Source of the DNA: Nannocystis pusilla
GTDB taxonomy: Bacteria > Myxococcota_A > Polyangia > Nannocystales > Nannocystaceae
Assembly: GCF_049060185.1 (NCBI RefSeq)
Contig: NZ_JBMEQO010000002.1
Strand: one strand, 5' to 3'
Length of the DNA: 64,000 bases
Shown: in pieces, positions 24,071-35,548 of the stretch
How the letters are laid out: each line of letters starts with the position of its first letter
Position numbering within the stretch: position 1 is the stretch's first letter
Notes under the pieces: generated by a model
The model's input: only the letters and a program-made list of their open reading frames with translations
The model's database searches: none
What the model was told of the DNA's origin: nothing
Program-made: the position numbers and the translations under genes

Positions 24071-25918
24071 ATGCCCATGGACACCGCCCTCAAGACCACC
24101 GCAGAACGCAACGCCGGCCCGACCTTCGCGCCGCTCGGGGTCCGTCCGCTCGCGCGCCCGCTCGGCGAGATCTTGATCGAGATGGGCTGCGTCACCGCCG
24201 AGGCGCTCGCCGAGGGTTTGCAGGCGCAGCACCTCGAGGGCGAGAAGATCGGCGAGACGCTGGTGCGGCTCAAGCACTGCTCCGAGTGGGACCTCGCGCG
24301 CGGCCTGGCGCGGCAGTTCGGCCTGCCCGCCCGCGAGAACACCGAGATCAGTGACATCCAGGACGAGCTGGTCGAGCAGCTGCCGATCCAGTACGCGCGC
24401 GCCAACAAGGTCCTGCCGTACCGCCTCGACCGCGAGCGCGGCGTGCTCAGCGTCTACGCCGCCGACCCGCTGCGGCTGCTCGACCTCGACGACCTCGGCA
24501 CCCTCTACGACGCCGACGTCGACGTCACGCTGATGCCGGAGTCGAACGTCCTCGAGATCATCAACCGCACCTACGCGCGGCGCACCAAGGACGTCGACCT
24601 CGAGAAGAAGGAAGAGGAGTACGAGGAGGAGGACGAGGACATCCTGCACGCCTCGGCCGAGGACGCGCCGATCATCCGCTTCGTCAACAGCCTGATCTTC
24701 AACGCCTCGAAGGAGAAGGCGAGCGACATCCACATCGAGCCGGGCGACAAGGAGATCATCGTCCGCAACCGCGTCGACGGCGTGCTGCACGAGGTCAAGC
24801 GGGCGCCCAAGGCCCACCTTCCCAGCGTCATCGCCCGCGTCAAGATCATGGCCGGCCTCAACATCGCCGAGAAGCGGCTGCCGCAGGACGGCCGTATCCG
24901 CCGCAAGATCGCCGGCAAGGAGGTCGACATGCGCGTCGCCACCGTGCCCACGGCCCACGGCGAGCGCGTCACCGTCCGTCTCCTCGACAAGTCCGCCGTC
25001 GCGCTCAAGCTCGACAACATCGGCATCGCGGCCGACCACCTGCGGATGATCCGCGACGTCATCAACCGGCCGCACGGCATCTTCCTCGTCACCGGCCCGA
25101 CCGGTTCGGGCAAGACGACCACGCTGTACTCGGCGCTGACCGAGATCAACACGCCGGACCTCAACATCCTCACCGTCGAGGACCCGGTCGAGTACCAGCT
25201 GGCCGGCATCTCGCAGGTGCAGGTGCAGAGCAAGATCAACCTGACCTTCGCGGCCGGCCTGCGCTCCTTCCTGCGCCACGACCCCGACGTGATCATGGTC
25301 GGCGAGATCCGCGACGTCGAGACCGCCGAGATCGCGATCCAGGCGTCGCTCACCGGTCACTTGGTGCTCAGCACCATCCACACCAACGACGCCGCGACCG
25401 GCATCACGCGCCTGGTCGACATGGGCGTGCAGCCGTTCCTGGTCGCCTCGTCGCTGGTCGCGCTGCAGGCCCAGCGCCTGATCCGCCGCGTGTGCGTCCA
25501 CTGCTGCGAGCCGTACCGGCCGTTGGCGACCGAGCTCGAGGAGATCGGCATCATCCCCGCGGCCTTCTACGCGGGCGAGCAGGCGCTCAAGGTGCCGGTG
25601 CGCGACGAGAACGGCGAGGTCATCCCGCTGTCGGTGCCCGAGCCGCGGCGGCTGCCGCCGCGTGGTCACGTCTACCGCGCCGTCGGCTGCGACAAGTGCC
25701 AGGGCAGCGGCTACTCCGGGCGAACCGGCGTGTACGAGGTCTTGATGGTCAGCGAAGAGGTCCGCCGCCTGGCGATCCGCAACGCCGACGCCATGCAGAT
25801 CAAGCAGGCGGCGCTGGCTCAGGGCCTGCGCACGCTCCGCGACGACGGCGCGCACAAAGTCGTCTGCGGCATCAGCACCCTCGACGAGGTCCTGCGCGCG
25901 ACCTCGGTGGAGTCGTAA
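24071..25918 (+). CDS. gspE: Type II secretion ATPase GspE
   Basis: An intact 615-aa ORF. It has an N-terminal GspE-N domain, Walker A (GPTGSGKTT), Asp and His boxes, and the tetracysteine motif (CVHCC...CDKCQGSGY). Confidence 0.95.
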   Translation: MPMDTALKTTAERNAGPTFAPLGVRPLARPLGEILIEMGCVTAEALAEGLQAQHLEGEKIGETLVRLKHCSEWDLARGLARQFGLPARENTEISDIQDELVEQLPIQYARANKVLPYRLDRERGVLSVYAADPLRLLDLDDLGTLYDADVDVTLMPESNVLEIINRTYARRTKDVDLEKKEEEYEEEDEDILHASAEDAPIIRFVNSLIFNASKEKASDIHIEPGDKEIIVRNRVDGVLHEVKRAPKAHLPSVIARVKIMAGLNIAEKRLPQDGRIRRKIAGKEVDMRVATVPTAHGERVTVRLLDKSAVALKLDNIGIAADHLRMIRDVINRPHGIFLVTGPTGSGKTTTLYSALTEINTPDLNILTVEDPVEYQLAGISQVQVQSKINLTFAAGLRSFLRHDPDVIMVGEIRDVETAEIAIQASLTGHLVLSTIHTNDAATGITRLVDMGVQPFLVASSLVALQAQRLIRRVCVHCCEPYRPLATELEEIGIIPAAFYAGEQALKVPVRDENGEVIPLSVPEPRRLPPRGHVYRAVGCDKCQGSGYSGRTGVYEVLMVSEEVRRLAIRNADAMQIKQAALAQGLRTLRDDGAHKVVCGISTLDEVLRATSVES

Positions 25919-25924
25919 CGGAGC

Positions 25925-27163
25925 ATGCCGGCGTACGCGTATACGGGCCTGCGCAAGGACGGCAAGACGGTCAAGGGCGTCGAGTCGGCCGACACGGTCG
26001 CCGCGCTCAAGGCCAACCTCAAGCGCGCCGGCATCTTCCTCACCGCGGTCAGCGAGACCACGGCGCAGGTGGCGGCTGCGGGCGGGGCGGGCGGCCGCGA
26101 GGTCGACCTCGGGGCGCTGTTCGACCGCATCTCGCAGAAGACGGTCTCGCGCACCACGCGGCTCCTGGCCACGCTGCTGTGCGCCGGCGTCACGCTGCCC
26201 GAGTCGCTGGCGGCGATCACCGAGCAGAGCGAGAGCCGGCGGCTCAAGGGCATCCTCAGCGACATCGCCAACAAGGTGAACGAGGGCAGCTCGCTGGCCG
26301 ACGCCTGCGCCCGCTACCCCGACGTGTTCCAGCCGCTGTTCATCAACATGGTCCGCGCGGGCGAGGCGTCCGGCTCGCTCGAGACCGTGCTCCTGCGCAT
26401 CGCCGACTTCATGGATCAGCAGGAGGAGCTGAAGGGCAAGGTCACCTCGGCGATGATCTACCCGGCGATCATGACCGTGCTGTCGGGCGGCATCATCACG
26501 ATGCTGATGCTCAACGTGGTCCCGCAGATCACGGAGATGTTCGAGGGCATGAACGCCCAGCTGCCGTGGAACACCGCGTTCCTGATCTGGCTCAGCGACT
26601 TCATCGCCGCCTGGTGGTTCATGATCATCGTCGGCTTCTTCGCCGCCGGCTGGCTGTTCCGCCGCTGGCGCAAGACCGACATCGGCCGCGCGACCGGCGA
26701 CACCATCCTGCTCAAGCTGCCGATCATCGGCGACCTCGCGCGCAAGCTGGCGATCGCCCGGTTCGCTCGTACACTTGCGACCATGCTCGCCAGCGGCGTG
26801 CAGCTGCTCGCGGCGCTCGACATCGTGCGGGCGCTGCTCGGCAACTGGGTGCTCGAGAAGGTCGTCGCCACCGCCCGCGACAACATCCGCGAAGGCGAGG
26901 GCATCGCCCCGGCGCTCAAGCGCAGCGGCCAGTTCCCGGCCCTGGTGACGCACATGATCTCGGTCGGCGAGCGCTCCGGCCAGCTCGAGCAGATGCTCAC
27001 CGACGTCGCCAACGCCTACGACCGCGAGGTCAACACCGCGCTCACGCGCATGACCGCGCTGCTGGAGCCCCTCATGATCGTGTTCATGGGCGGCAGCGTC
27101 GGCTTTATCGTGTTCTCGATCATGCAGCCGATCATGATGCTCAACGAAATGGCCGCGCAGTAG
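25925..27163 (+). CDS. gspF: Type II secretion inner-membrane platform protein GspF
   Basis: An intact 412-aa ORF with a duplicated T2SSF domain. Confidence 0.95.
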   Translation: MPAYAYTGLRKDGKTVKGVESADTVAALKANLKRAGIFLTAVSETTAQVAAAGGAGGREVDLGALFDRISQKTVSRTTRLLATLLCAGVTLPESLAAITEQSESRRLKGILSDIANKVNEGSSLADACARYPDVFQPLFINMVRAGEASGSLETVLLRIADFMDQQEELKGKVTSAMIYPAIMTVLSGGIITMLMLNVVPQITEMFEGMNAQLPWNTAFLIWLSDFIAAWWFMIIVGFFAAGWLFRRWRKTDIGRATGDTILLKLPIIGDLARKLAIARFARTLATMLASGVQLLAALDIVRALLGNWVLEKVVATARDNIREGEGIAPALKRSGQFPALVTHMISVGERSGQLEQMLTDVANAYDREVNTALTRMTALLEPLMIVFMGGSVGFIVFSIMQPIMMLNEMAAQ

Positions 27164-27189
27164 CCCGAGTACCTCAGGAGAGACCACCC

Positions 27190-27636
27190 ATGAATCCGCA
27201 ACTTCACACCGTCCGCCAGGCCGTCCGCCGCCGTCGTCAGAGCCGCGGCATGACGCTGATCGAGATCCTCGTCGTGCTGGCGATCATCGGCCTCATCGTC
27301 GGCGGCGTCAGCGTCGTCGCCTTCAACGCGCTCTCGGACTCGAAGGTCAAGGTCGCCTACAACGAGGTGGTCGAGATCCAGAAGCTCAGCGAGCAGTACA
27401 TGCTGCAGAAGAACGACAAGTGCCCGAAGAGCATGGCGGACCTCAAGGCCGCCGGCGTCACGGCGCGCGTCAAGAAGGACCCGTGGGGCGAGGAGTACGT
27501 CATCGTCTGCCCGGGTCAGCACGGCCCGGTCGACGTCACCTCCAACGGCCCCGACAAGAAGCCGTCCGGCGGCGACGACGTCAACAGCTGGGAGGACCCG
27601 AAGGAGATCGAGGCCGCCAAGGAGGAGAAGAAGTGA
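27190..27636 (+). CDS. gspG: Major pseudopilin GspG
   Basis: The prepilin leader and N-terminus read RRRQSRGMTLIEILVVLAIIGLIVGG. The GspG signature DPWGEEY is present. Confidence 0.9.
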   Translation: MNPQLHTVRQAVRRRRQSRGMTLIEILVVLAIIGLIVGGVSVVAFNALSDSKVKVAYNEVVEIQKLSEQYMLQKNDKCPKSMADLKAAGVTARVKKDPWGEEYVIVCPGQHGPVDVTSNGPDKKPSGGDDVNSWEDPKEIEAAKEEKK

Positions 27637-27677
27637 TCGGGCGTTAGCCCCGATCGTTCTCTCCCGCGAGGATCGTC

Positions 27678-28664
27678 ATGGCCATGCGGAGTCGACATAC
27701 GGCAGCGCGGCGAGGGAGCCTCGGCTTCACGCTGATCGAGGTCCTCGTCGTGATGGGGATCCTCGCGCTGCTGATCGGCTCGGTGATCACCGGCCTCGGC
27801 GCCAGCAAGCAGGCGCAGGTGGCCCGCGTCACCAACCAGCTCGCCAACACGATCCGCTTCGCCTACAACAAGGCCCGCGTCACCGGCACCTACTACCGCC
27901 TCCTCATCGACATCGACAAGAACTCCTTCACCATGCAGCGCGGCGACGACCGCATGTACTTGCCCGCGACCGACCGCTACGGCCGGATCGTCGTCATCGA
28001 CCCGGGCAAGGTGAAGGAGCGCGAGGAGCGGGACAAGCGGGCCGAGGAGAACTACAACCGGTCGCTGCAGGCGCGCGTCCTCGACGCCGTCAAGGGCGCG
28101 CCGGTCGGCAAGCCGGGCCAGACCATGGGCCCGCTCGGGCAGCCGATGGCGAGCGTGGCCCAGGGGACAGGTACTCCGGGACAGCCGACGAAGGCCGGTA
28201 CCCCGGGCGCGCCGGCCACCCCCGCGGCGGCCGGCGCGGCCAAGCCGGGCACCACGCCGTCCTCCGGCCAGTCGCTCGACAAGTACATCACGCCGCCGAA
28301 GAAGGTCCCGCGGCGCAAGCCGCCGATCTTCGGCGCCTTCGAGGACGACAACAGCCTGTCGGAGCTGCGCAAGCCGTTCAAGTTCCCGGCCGAGGTCAAG
28401 GTCATCGCCGTGCGCACCGCCGAGGACCTCAAGCCGATCACCAAGGGCGAGGCGAGCCTCTACTTCTTCCCGCAGGGCCACACCCAGCTGGCGCACATCC
28501 ACGTGCAAGAGGTCGCCAACCCGGAGAACGAGTTCACCATCATCGTCAAGCCGCTGACCGGCCGCGTCGAGGTCAAGGAGGGCCACATCGACCTGGCGCT
28601 GCAGGAGGACCCGACGTCCATCCGCGACGACCTCGGCAAGAAGATGAACCGGAGGGCGTTCTGA
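27678..28664 (+). CDS. gspH: Minor pseudopilin (GspH-like) with a long Pro/Ala/Gly-rich insert
   Basis: The prepilin-type N-terminus is RRGSLGFTLIEVLVVMGILALLIGS. Confidence 0.75.
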   Translation: MAMRSRHTAARRGSLGFTLIEVLVVMGILALLIGSVITGLGASKQAQVARVTNQLANTIRFAYNKARVTGTYYRLLIDIDKNSFTMQRGDDRMYLPATDRYGRIVVIDPGKVKEREERDKRAEENYNRSLQARVLDAVKGAPVGKPGQTMGPLGQPMASVAQGTGTPGQPTKAGTPGAPATPAAAGAAKPGTTPSSGQSLDKYITPPKKVPRRKPPIFGAFEDDNSLSELRKPFKFPAEVKVIAVRTAEDLKPITKGEASLYFFPQGHTQLAHIHVQEVANPENEFTIIVKPLTGRVEVKEGHIDLALQEDPTSIRDDLGKKMNRRAF

Positions 28665-28665
28665 C

Positions 28666-29426
28666 ATGACCTCGCCCGACACCAAGCGCCCGCGGCTGCG
28701 GCCGCCCGAGCAGCGCTACGCCGCCGCCGGCTTCACCCTGCTCGAAGTCATGATCGCCATGGCCGTGCTGGCGCTGTCGCTGACCTCGATGCTGACGTCG
28801 CAGATGGCCAGCCTGCGGGCCACTCGCTACGCCCAGACCATCACCTCGGTGGCGTTCCTCGCCGACTACCAGCTCATCGAGACCGAATACATCGTCCGCA
28901 AGGAAGGCGGCTGGGTGCTCGAGGACAAGTTCTACGAGGGCACCTTCGCCGACCAGGGCTGGCCTGACGTCAAGTACAAGTGCATCGTCGACTTCCTCAA
29001 GCTGCCGGAGTTCACCGAGCTGCGCGCGGCCAAGGACGACACCGACCGGGCCAACCGCGGCGAGAGCAGCATGTACTACCGCAGCGCCGCCGATCAGGCG
29101 TTCACGGCGCTCGGCATGGTGTGGACCCCGGTCAAGCAGGCGATCGAGCGCTCGATCCGCAAGGTCAAGTGCACGGTCAAGTGGAAGAACGGCAACCTCG
29201 ACGAGGAGTTCATCGTCAACACCTTCTGGGCCGACCCGGAGAAGCTCAAGCAGCTGCCCGGCCTCGGCGGCGAGGCGAAGGAGGGCGACCTCGGCAACGA
29301 GAAGGCGCAGGAGGGCGGCGGCGCGGGCGGCGGCGCGGGCACGGGCGCCGGGGCGCAGCCGGCCGGCGGGCGGCAGACGGGCGCCACGGGCCGGGGGCCA
29401 GCATGGGCATGGGAGGGAAGCGATGA
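28666..29426 (+). CDS. gspI: Minor pseudopilin GspI. It has a C-terminal frame switch.
   Basis: The N-terminus AAGFTLLEVMIAMAVLALSLTSML is the GspI signature. A C-terminal Gly-rich tail follows. Confidence 0.75.
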
Positions 29427-30148
29427 GCACCATCGGCCATGTCGTTTCGACCATGTCCTCCAGGACAGCCCGCCAGCGCGGCCTGTCGCTGATCGAGATC
29501 CTCGTCGCCGTGGCGATGATGACGATGATGACCGCCTCGGTCTACGCCAGCTTCAGCACGACGGCGCAGAGCATGCGTACGGCGGAGAAGACCCAGCAGA
29601 AGTACGCGGTGCTGCGCAACTGCCTGGCGCGCATGGGCACCGAGGTCTCGCTGGCGTACCTGTCGCACAACCGCCCGGCGGGCGACGACAAGCACTACAC
29701 GCTGTTCGAGGGCCGCGACCAGTTCAACTCCGACAGTCTGACGTTCTCGGCGTTCGCCCACATCCGCATGCGCAAGGACGCCAACGAGAGCGACCAATCG
29801 GTCGTCCAGTACTTCCTCGCCAAGGACCCGAACGACGCCAACCGCACCCACCTCTTCAAGCGCGAGACGCGGCGGTTGATGGGGGACGTGCCGGAGAAGA
29901 TGGAAGAGTGGTGGCCGGCCTACGTGTTCTGCGAGGACATCAAGTCATTCGACGTCAAGTACTGGGACGTCAAGCGCATCGAGTGGCGCGACGAGTGGCG
30001 CACGATGAAGCAGGACATGCAGCCCAACCGCCTGCCCGAGCGCGTCAAGATCACCTTCGGTGTGTGGGACGCGGACCTCGGCAAGGAGGTCAAGTACGTG
30101 ACCCAGACCCTCATCCCGATGCAGGAGCGCATCGACTTCTCCCGCTGA
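29423..30148 (+). CDS. gspJ: Minor pseudopilin GspJ
   Basis: The leader ...MSSRTARQRGLSLIEILVAVAMMTMM is prepilin-type. The alternative start at ATG 29453 lies inside a perfect palindrome unit, TGTCCTCCAGGACA. Confidence 0.8.
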   Translation: MSTIGHVVSTMSSRTARQRGLSLIEILVAVAMMTMMTASVYASFSTTAQSMRTAEKTQQKYAVLRNCLARMGTEVSLAYLSHNRPAGDDKHYTLFEGRDQFNSDSLTFSAFAHIRMRKDANESDQSVVQYFLAKDPNDANRTHLFKRETRRLMGDVPEKMEEWWPAYVFCEDIKSFDVKYWDVKRIEWRDEWRTMKQDMQPNRLPERVKITFGVWDADLGKEVKYVTQTLIPMQERIDFSR

Positions 30149-30161
30149 AAGGCCCGTCCCC

Positions 30162-31532
30162 GTGACTGCCGACGCCGACACCACCAAGCCCAAGCGACAT
30201 GTCCGTCCGGCCAGGCCCGGCGCGGCGCGTCGGCGCGGCGGCGGCAAGGAGCACGGCATCGCGCTGCTGATGGTGCTGGCCTGCATCGCGGTGCTGCTGC
30301 CGTTCACCGCCGCGTTCAGCTACACCACGCGCGTCGACTGGCAGGCCGCGATCAACCTGCGCGACGAGATCTCGGCGCGCAACCTGACGCGCGGCGGGAT
30401 GCGCCTGTCGCTGCTGCTGTTCGAGCTGCAGCGCATGGTGTTCAACCAGAAGCAGTTCCGGCAGATGCTCGGCACCTGGGACATCACCCAGGTCGCGCCG
30501 TACCTGATGTCGGCGTTCGGCTCGAAGGACGGCCACGAGGCCATCTCGGGCCTGGTCGGCCTCGACAACTCGACCTTCAAGGATCTCGCCATCGACCACG
30601 GCGGCTTCGAGATCCGCGTCGAGGCCGAGAGCGGCAAGCTCAACGTCAACTGCCTGGCGTCGGCCGGGCAGGGCAAGGACAACTCGCAGGCGCGCACCGT
30701 CGAGACGCTCGAGGCGATGCTGATGCCGACGCTCTACGACCCGCTGTTCGACGAGGAGAAGAGCGACGGCCAGCGCTACACCCGGGCCGACGTCATCAAG
30801 GCGATCGTCGACTACATCGACGAGGACAACAAGTCCTGGGACATGGTCAAGCTGGCGTCGTCGTCGACGCAGGAGCGCTACCGCTACACCGAGATCTTCG
30901 ACCCGTACCAGCCGCGCAACGCCCGGATCGACAGCGTCGAGGAGCTGCACCTGGTCCAGGGCGTCGACGACGACCTGATGTCGGCGATCGCCGCCGACCT
31001 CACCGTCTACGGCGGCTGCAAGGTCAACCTCAACTTCGCCAGCGCCGACCAGATCGCGCTGGTGCTGCGTCACTCGGTCACTGAAGAGGACAAGTGGAAG
31101 ACCGAGGGCGAGAACTTCCTGATCAAGACGCTGCCGCTGGCCCGCTACGTGGTCGACACGCGGACGATGAGCCTGTTCGCCGACATGAAGGCGTTCAAGG
31201 AGTTCGTCGAGAAGCCCGACAAGTTCATGAACCCGCTGGCCGCGCTCGGCGGCGGCGGTGCGGCCGGGCAGGCGCTCAACCGGGCCAACCTGCCGCGCAT
31301 CCCCGAGGGCATGACCATCCGCGAGAACAGCGAGGAGGACAAGAGCTCGGGCGAGCAGCTCGGCGGCCTCAGCGACATCGCCACCATCGCCCCCGAGCGG
31401 GTCTACCGCATCGAGATCATCGCCGAGGTCGGCGCGGTCAAGAAGCGCCTCACGGCCATCTACGACATGCAGTTTGTCCGCAGCGAGGGCGCGAAGGGCA
31501 CCGGCGCGTGGCTCTACCTGCGCGAGGACTGA
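30162..31532 (+). CDS. gspK: Minor pseudopilin GspK
   Basis: The N-terminus is GIALLMVLACIAVLLPF. It has GspK length and domain order (456 aa). Confidence 0.85.
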   Translation: MTADADTTKPKRHVRPARPGAARRRGGGKEHGIALLMVLACIAVLLPFTAAFSYTTRVDWQAAINLRDEISARNLTRGGMRLSLLLFELQRMVFNQKQFRQMLGTWDITQVAPYLMSAFGSKDGHEAISGLVGLDNSTFKDLAIDHGGFEIRVEAESGKLNVNCLASAGQGKDNSQARTVETLEAMLMPTLYDPLFDEEKSDGQRYTRADVIKAIVDYIDEDNKSWDMVKLASSSTQERYRYTEIFDPYQPRNARIDSVEELHLVQGVDDDLMSAIAADLTVYGGCKVNLNFASADQIALVLRHSVTEEDKWKTEGENFLIKTLPLARYVVDTRTMSLFADMKAFKEFVEKPDKFMNPLAALGGGGAAGQALNRANLPRIPEGMTIRENSEEDKSSGEQLGGLSDIATIAPERVYRIEIIAEVGAVKKRLTAIYDMQFVRSEGAKGTGAWLYLRED

Positions 31533-31537
31533 TCTCC

Positions 31538-33326
31538 ATGGCTCTCATCTTCAACCGCAAGGACTGCCGCACGTGGCTCAGAAGTACGTAGGACTCGACC
31601 TCGGAACCTCCGAAGTCAAGGCCGTGCTCATCAACGCCGGCCTGCGCACCATCCAGGTGCTCGAGACGGTCGTCGAGCCGGTGACGCTCACGCCGCAGGG
31701 CGACACCTCGCTGGCCGCTGCGCTCGACATCGGCATCGCCGTGCTGCGCCGCCGCGGCTGGAACCACTACCCGATCGGCGTGGTGCTGCCCGGCAGCTTC
31801 GCGGCCTATCGCGTGTTCAAGTTCCCGTTCAGCGACCCGCGCCGGATCGCCCAGGCGATCGCGTTCGAGGCCGAGGGCCAGTTCCCGGTCCCGCTCGAGA
31901 ACCTCGAGCTCGACCACGTGCCCGCGACCGTCCCCGGCGCCGGCGGCCAGGCGCTCGCGGTCGCGGTCCGCCGCTCCGCCATCGACCAGGTGCAGGCCGC
32001 GTTCAAGGCGGCGACGATCGACGTCAAGCTCATCACGGTCGACGTCCTGGCGACCGCGCAGGTGCTCACCGCCGACCTGCCCGAGCCGGTCAAGGGCGCG
32101 CCGGCCGAGGCGCGCACGCCGGTGGTGCTCGGCCTCGACATCGGCCACGCGACCACCGACCTGGTGGCCTTCGGCGCCAAGGGCCCACTCGCGGCCCGCA
32201 TGCTCCGCCGCGGCGGCGTGCACGTCACGCGCGCGCTGCAGCAGCGCTACCAGCTCAGCGACGCTGAGGCCGAGGCGGCCAAGCGCGACAACGCCTTCCT
32301 GCCGCACCGCGGCCAGGGCGACCTGTCGGCGGAGCAGCTCGAGTCGGCGACGATCGTGGCCCGCGCGCTCGAGCCGGTGGTGCGGGAGATCGAGCACACG
32401 CGCATGTGGCTGCGGGCCGAGTTCTCGGCCGAGGTGGTGCAGCTGCGCCTGTCCGGCGGCGGCGCCAACCTCCGCGGCCTCGACGCCTATCTGGCCGAGC
32501 AGCTCGGGCTGCCGACCGAGCGCGCCCGCCCGCGCGAGAGCCTCGGCCTCAAAGGTCTCGCAGGACACGACTGGACGGCCATGTCGGCCGCGCTCGGCGG
32601 CGCCGTCGGGTGCGCCCGCCGGCCGCTGATCCAGCTGCACAAGGACGCCACGGTCCAGCGCGGCGGCGACGGCAGCTGGATCGCCGAGCGGATCGCCACG
32701 GTCGCCGCGCTCGGGTTCGCGATCCTCGCGTTCGGCGTGGTCGACACCGTGGTCGGCTCGAGCGCGCTCGAGGCGGAGCGCGCGGCCTACGAGGAGGAGC
32801 TCGGCGAGGCCAGCCACAAGGTGTTCGGCGAGGCGCTCATTTCGAAGGCCGAGATCGAGGAGCGCCTCAACGCCGTCGACGGCCGCGACATCACCAAGCT
32901 GATCCCGCAGCGCGGCGCGCTCGACGTGCTCGCCGGCTTCGTCAAGGCGGCCACGCCGACCGGTCCGAAGCCGGCGCCGGCGCCGACGCCGATGGTGGCG
33001 GAGGAGGGCGCCAGCCCCGACGCCGGAGCTCGTCGGCGACGACGCCGACGGCGCCGGTGCAGCTGCCCTCGGTCGAGGGCTCGGCGGGCGTCGTGTGGGA
33101 CGACGAGTTCGTGCTGTCGCTGATCGAGATCCGGCCGCGCGCGATCCAGTTCCGCGCCTCCGCCACGCGCTCGTCGGCGCAGGAGCGGTTCAAGAACAAG
33201 CTGCTGCAGACGCTGCCCTGCGTCATCCCGTTCCAGGTCGCCAAGGTGCGCGACGAGGGCACCAAGAAGGTGTTCGACCCCAACATCGAGCACGACTGCT
33301 ACAGCAGCACGGAGTCCGAGTCGTGA
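31538..33326 (+). CDS. gspL: GspL-like assembly protein with an actin-like (PilM-like) cytoplasmic domain. It is frameshifted.
   Basis: The actin-like N-terminus is KYVGLDLGTSEVKAVLI. The C-terminal part is in two further frames after a G/C homopolymer run. Confidence 0.7.
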
Positions 33327-34030
33327 GCGCCATCGAAACTACCCTGTTCGGGTTCATGTCCCGCTTCAACCAGCGCGAGCGGGCGCTGCTCGGCGTGCTG
33401 ATGCTGGTGTTCTTCGTGACCGCCGTCGGCGTGCTCTACATGATGCGCAAGAGCTCGTTCGACACGGCTCGCGCCGAGATCGCCGAGCTGCGCGAGGCCC
33501 TCGTCCTGGTGCGCACCAAGGGCACCGCGTACGACACCAAGAAGAAGGAGAAAGAGGCGCGCGAGGGCAGGATCGCCAGCGCCCAGCCGATCGTGTTCTC
33601 GATCCTCCTCGAAGAGGCGCAGAAGGACCTGGTCACCGGCACCCTGCGCGGCGAGGAGGAGCGGCAGCCGATGGTGGTCGACGAGGAGAAGGGCCTGACC
33701 AAGCGCGTGGTCGCCTTCGAGGTCCGCAACGTCGCGCTCGAGGAGCTGCTGAACTTCCTCTCCAAGCTCGAGGGGCAGCCCGGCAACATCCTGTTCGTCG
33801 AGCGCCTGATGCTGCGCTCGCCCTCGGCGCTCGAAGACCGCCTCAACGCCGAGGTCGAGCTCGCGACGTGGCAGCTGCAGAAGCCAGAAGAGCCCGCGCC
33901 GGTGCCCGGCGGCGAGGAGGGAGTCGTGAAGATCCGCCTGCCCAACCTCGCCAACCTCCGCCGCGGCGGCGACCTGCCCGCGGCCCCGCCCGCGAGCGGC
34001 ACCATGGTCGCGCCGGCCGCTCCGATCGGC
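33323..34030 (+). CDS. gspM: GspM-like protein (single TM plus periplasmic domain)
   Basis: A GTG start overlaps the gspL stop (GTGA). There is one TM segment (LLGVLMLVFFVTAVGVLYMM) followed by a ~150-aa soluble domain. No stop separates it from the next domain, so the boundary with GspN-like is inferred. Confidence 0.45.
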
Positions 34031-34039
34031 GGCTTCGGC

Positions 34040-35468
34040 GACCGCATGCGCCTGTTCTCGCGGCGCCTCCGCAGCTCCGCCGGCTGGGTGTTCCTGGCCG
34101 TGTTCGTGTTCTTCGCCTTCATCTGGATCAGCCTGCCGACCCGCGCGCTCGCGTGGCGCATCGGCCATCAGGCGCGCCAGGCCGGCTACCTCATCGACAT
34201 CGAGGACATGTCGGTGCGGCCGTGGGGCAGCGCGACGCTCTACAACGTCACGTGGACGTACGCGCCGTCGCACCCGGGCCAGATCCCGCACCAGATGGTG
34301 CTCGACGCGGTCGACGTCGACTTCTCGATCCTCGGCTACCTGCTGCTCGGCAACATCGACGTCGAGGTCGACACGGTGCTCGACGAGGCGCCGATCCACG
34401 CCGAGTATGCGCGCAGCAGCAGCGAGTCGAGCATCAAGATCGAGGTCACCGAGCTGCCGCTCGGCTCGGTGCCGAAGCTGCAGCAGGCGCTGGGCGCCCG
34501 CTGCGCGGCCTGTTCGCCCTGCACGTCGACATGACGATGCCGGAGAACCTGTTCGAGAAGGCCGAGGGCTCGGTCTCGCTCGAGTGTGCCTCGTGCTTGA
34601 TCGGCGACGGCGAGGAGCTGCTGTTCATCCCCGGCTCGTCGGGCATCACCGCCAAGGGCATCACCATCCCCGAGATCGACCTCGGCACCCTGGTCGGAAA
34701 GCTGAAGGTGTCGGAGGGCCGGATCACCGTCGAGGACTTCAAGACCAAGAGCGCGGACATCGAGCTCGAGGTCACCGGCGACATGCCGCTGAAGGATCCG
34801 TTCTCGAAGTCCGAGTTCGCGTTCCAGATGAAGCTGCTGGTCACGCAGGCGCTGCAAGACAAGAGCGAGACGCTGCGCTTCGCGGTGCAGACTGCTGGCC
34901 CCTCGTCGCGGATGGATCCGCCGGACGAAGGCTGGCTCGGCTTCAAGCTGCGCGGCACCGTCGGCAAGCCGCGCTTCATGGGCATCAAGACCAAGACCGC
35001 CGAGGAGCGGATGCTCGAGCGGCGGCAGAAGAACGCCGAGCGCGAGGCGGCCAAGAGACGCGCACCAAGTCGCGTTCGACGAAGAAGACCGAGGAGAAGG
35101 ACGCGCTCGAGCGCAACAACGGGCCGGAGCAGCCGAGCGTCGGCGCCGGCGAGACCGGCGGGACCGACCGCGAGCCGGCGAAGACGCCTGACACCGAGAT
35201 GCGTCCGGCCGAGCCGCCGCCGACGCCGTCGACCCAGCCGCCGCCGCCCGAGCCGGAGCCGGAGGCCCGGCAAGACGAGCGCCCGGCCGAGCAACTGCCG
35301 CCGCCGCCGCTGCCGCCGGCGATGGAGGAAGTGCAGCAGCCGGAGGGTGGTCAGGGCAAGGCCAGGGCGACGGTCAGGTCCCGCCCGAAGGCCAGCCGGA
35401 CGGCCAGGCGCCGGCCGAGGCGCCCGCGAGGCGAGGCGCCGCCGCCGACTGACGCGCCGACTGGCTGA
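34040..35468 (+). CDS. gspN: GspN-like protein with a Pro-rich C-terminal tail. It is frameshifted.
   Basis: The N-terminus MRLFSRRLRSSAGWVFLAVFVFFAFIWISLP is followed by a GspN/AsmA-like region (LVGKLKVSEGRITVEDFKTKSADIELEVTGDMPL). It spans three frames. Confidence 0.45.
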
Positions 35469-35548
35469 ACGCCGTGCCAGTGCGCCTTCCGTGCCAGACA
35501 TGAAAATCTCGCAACGATAGGAGAATCGTCGTGGGCGGGGGTCGCGGG

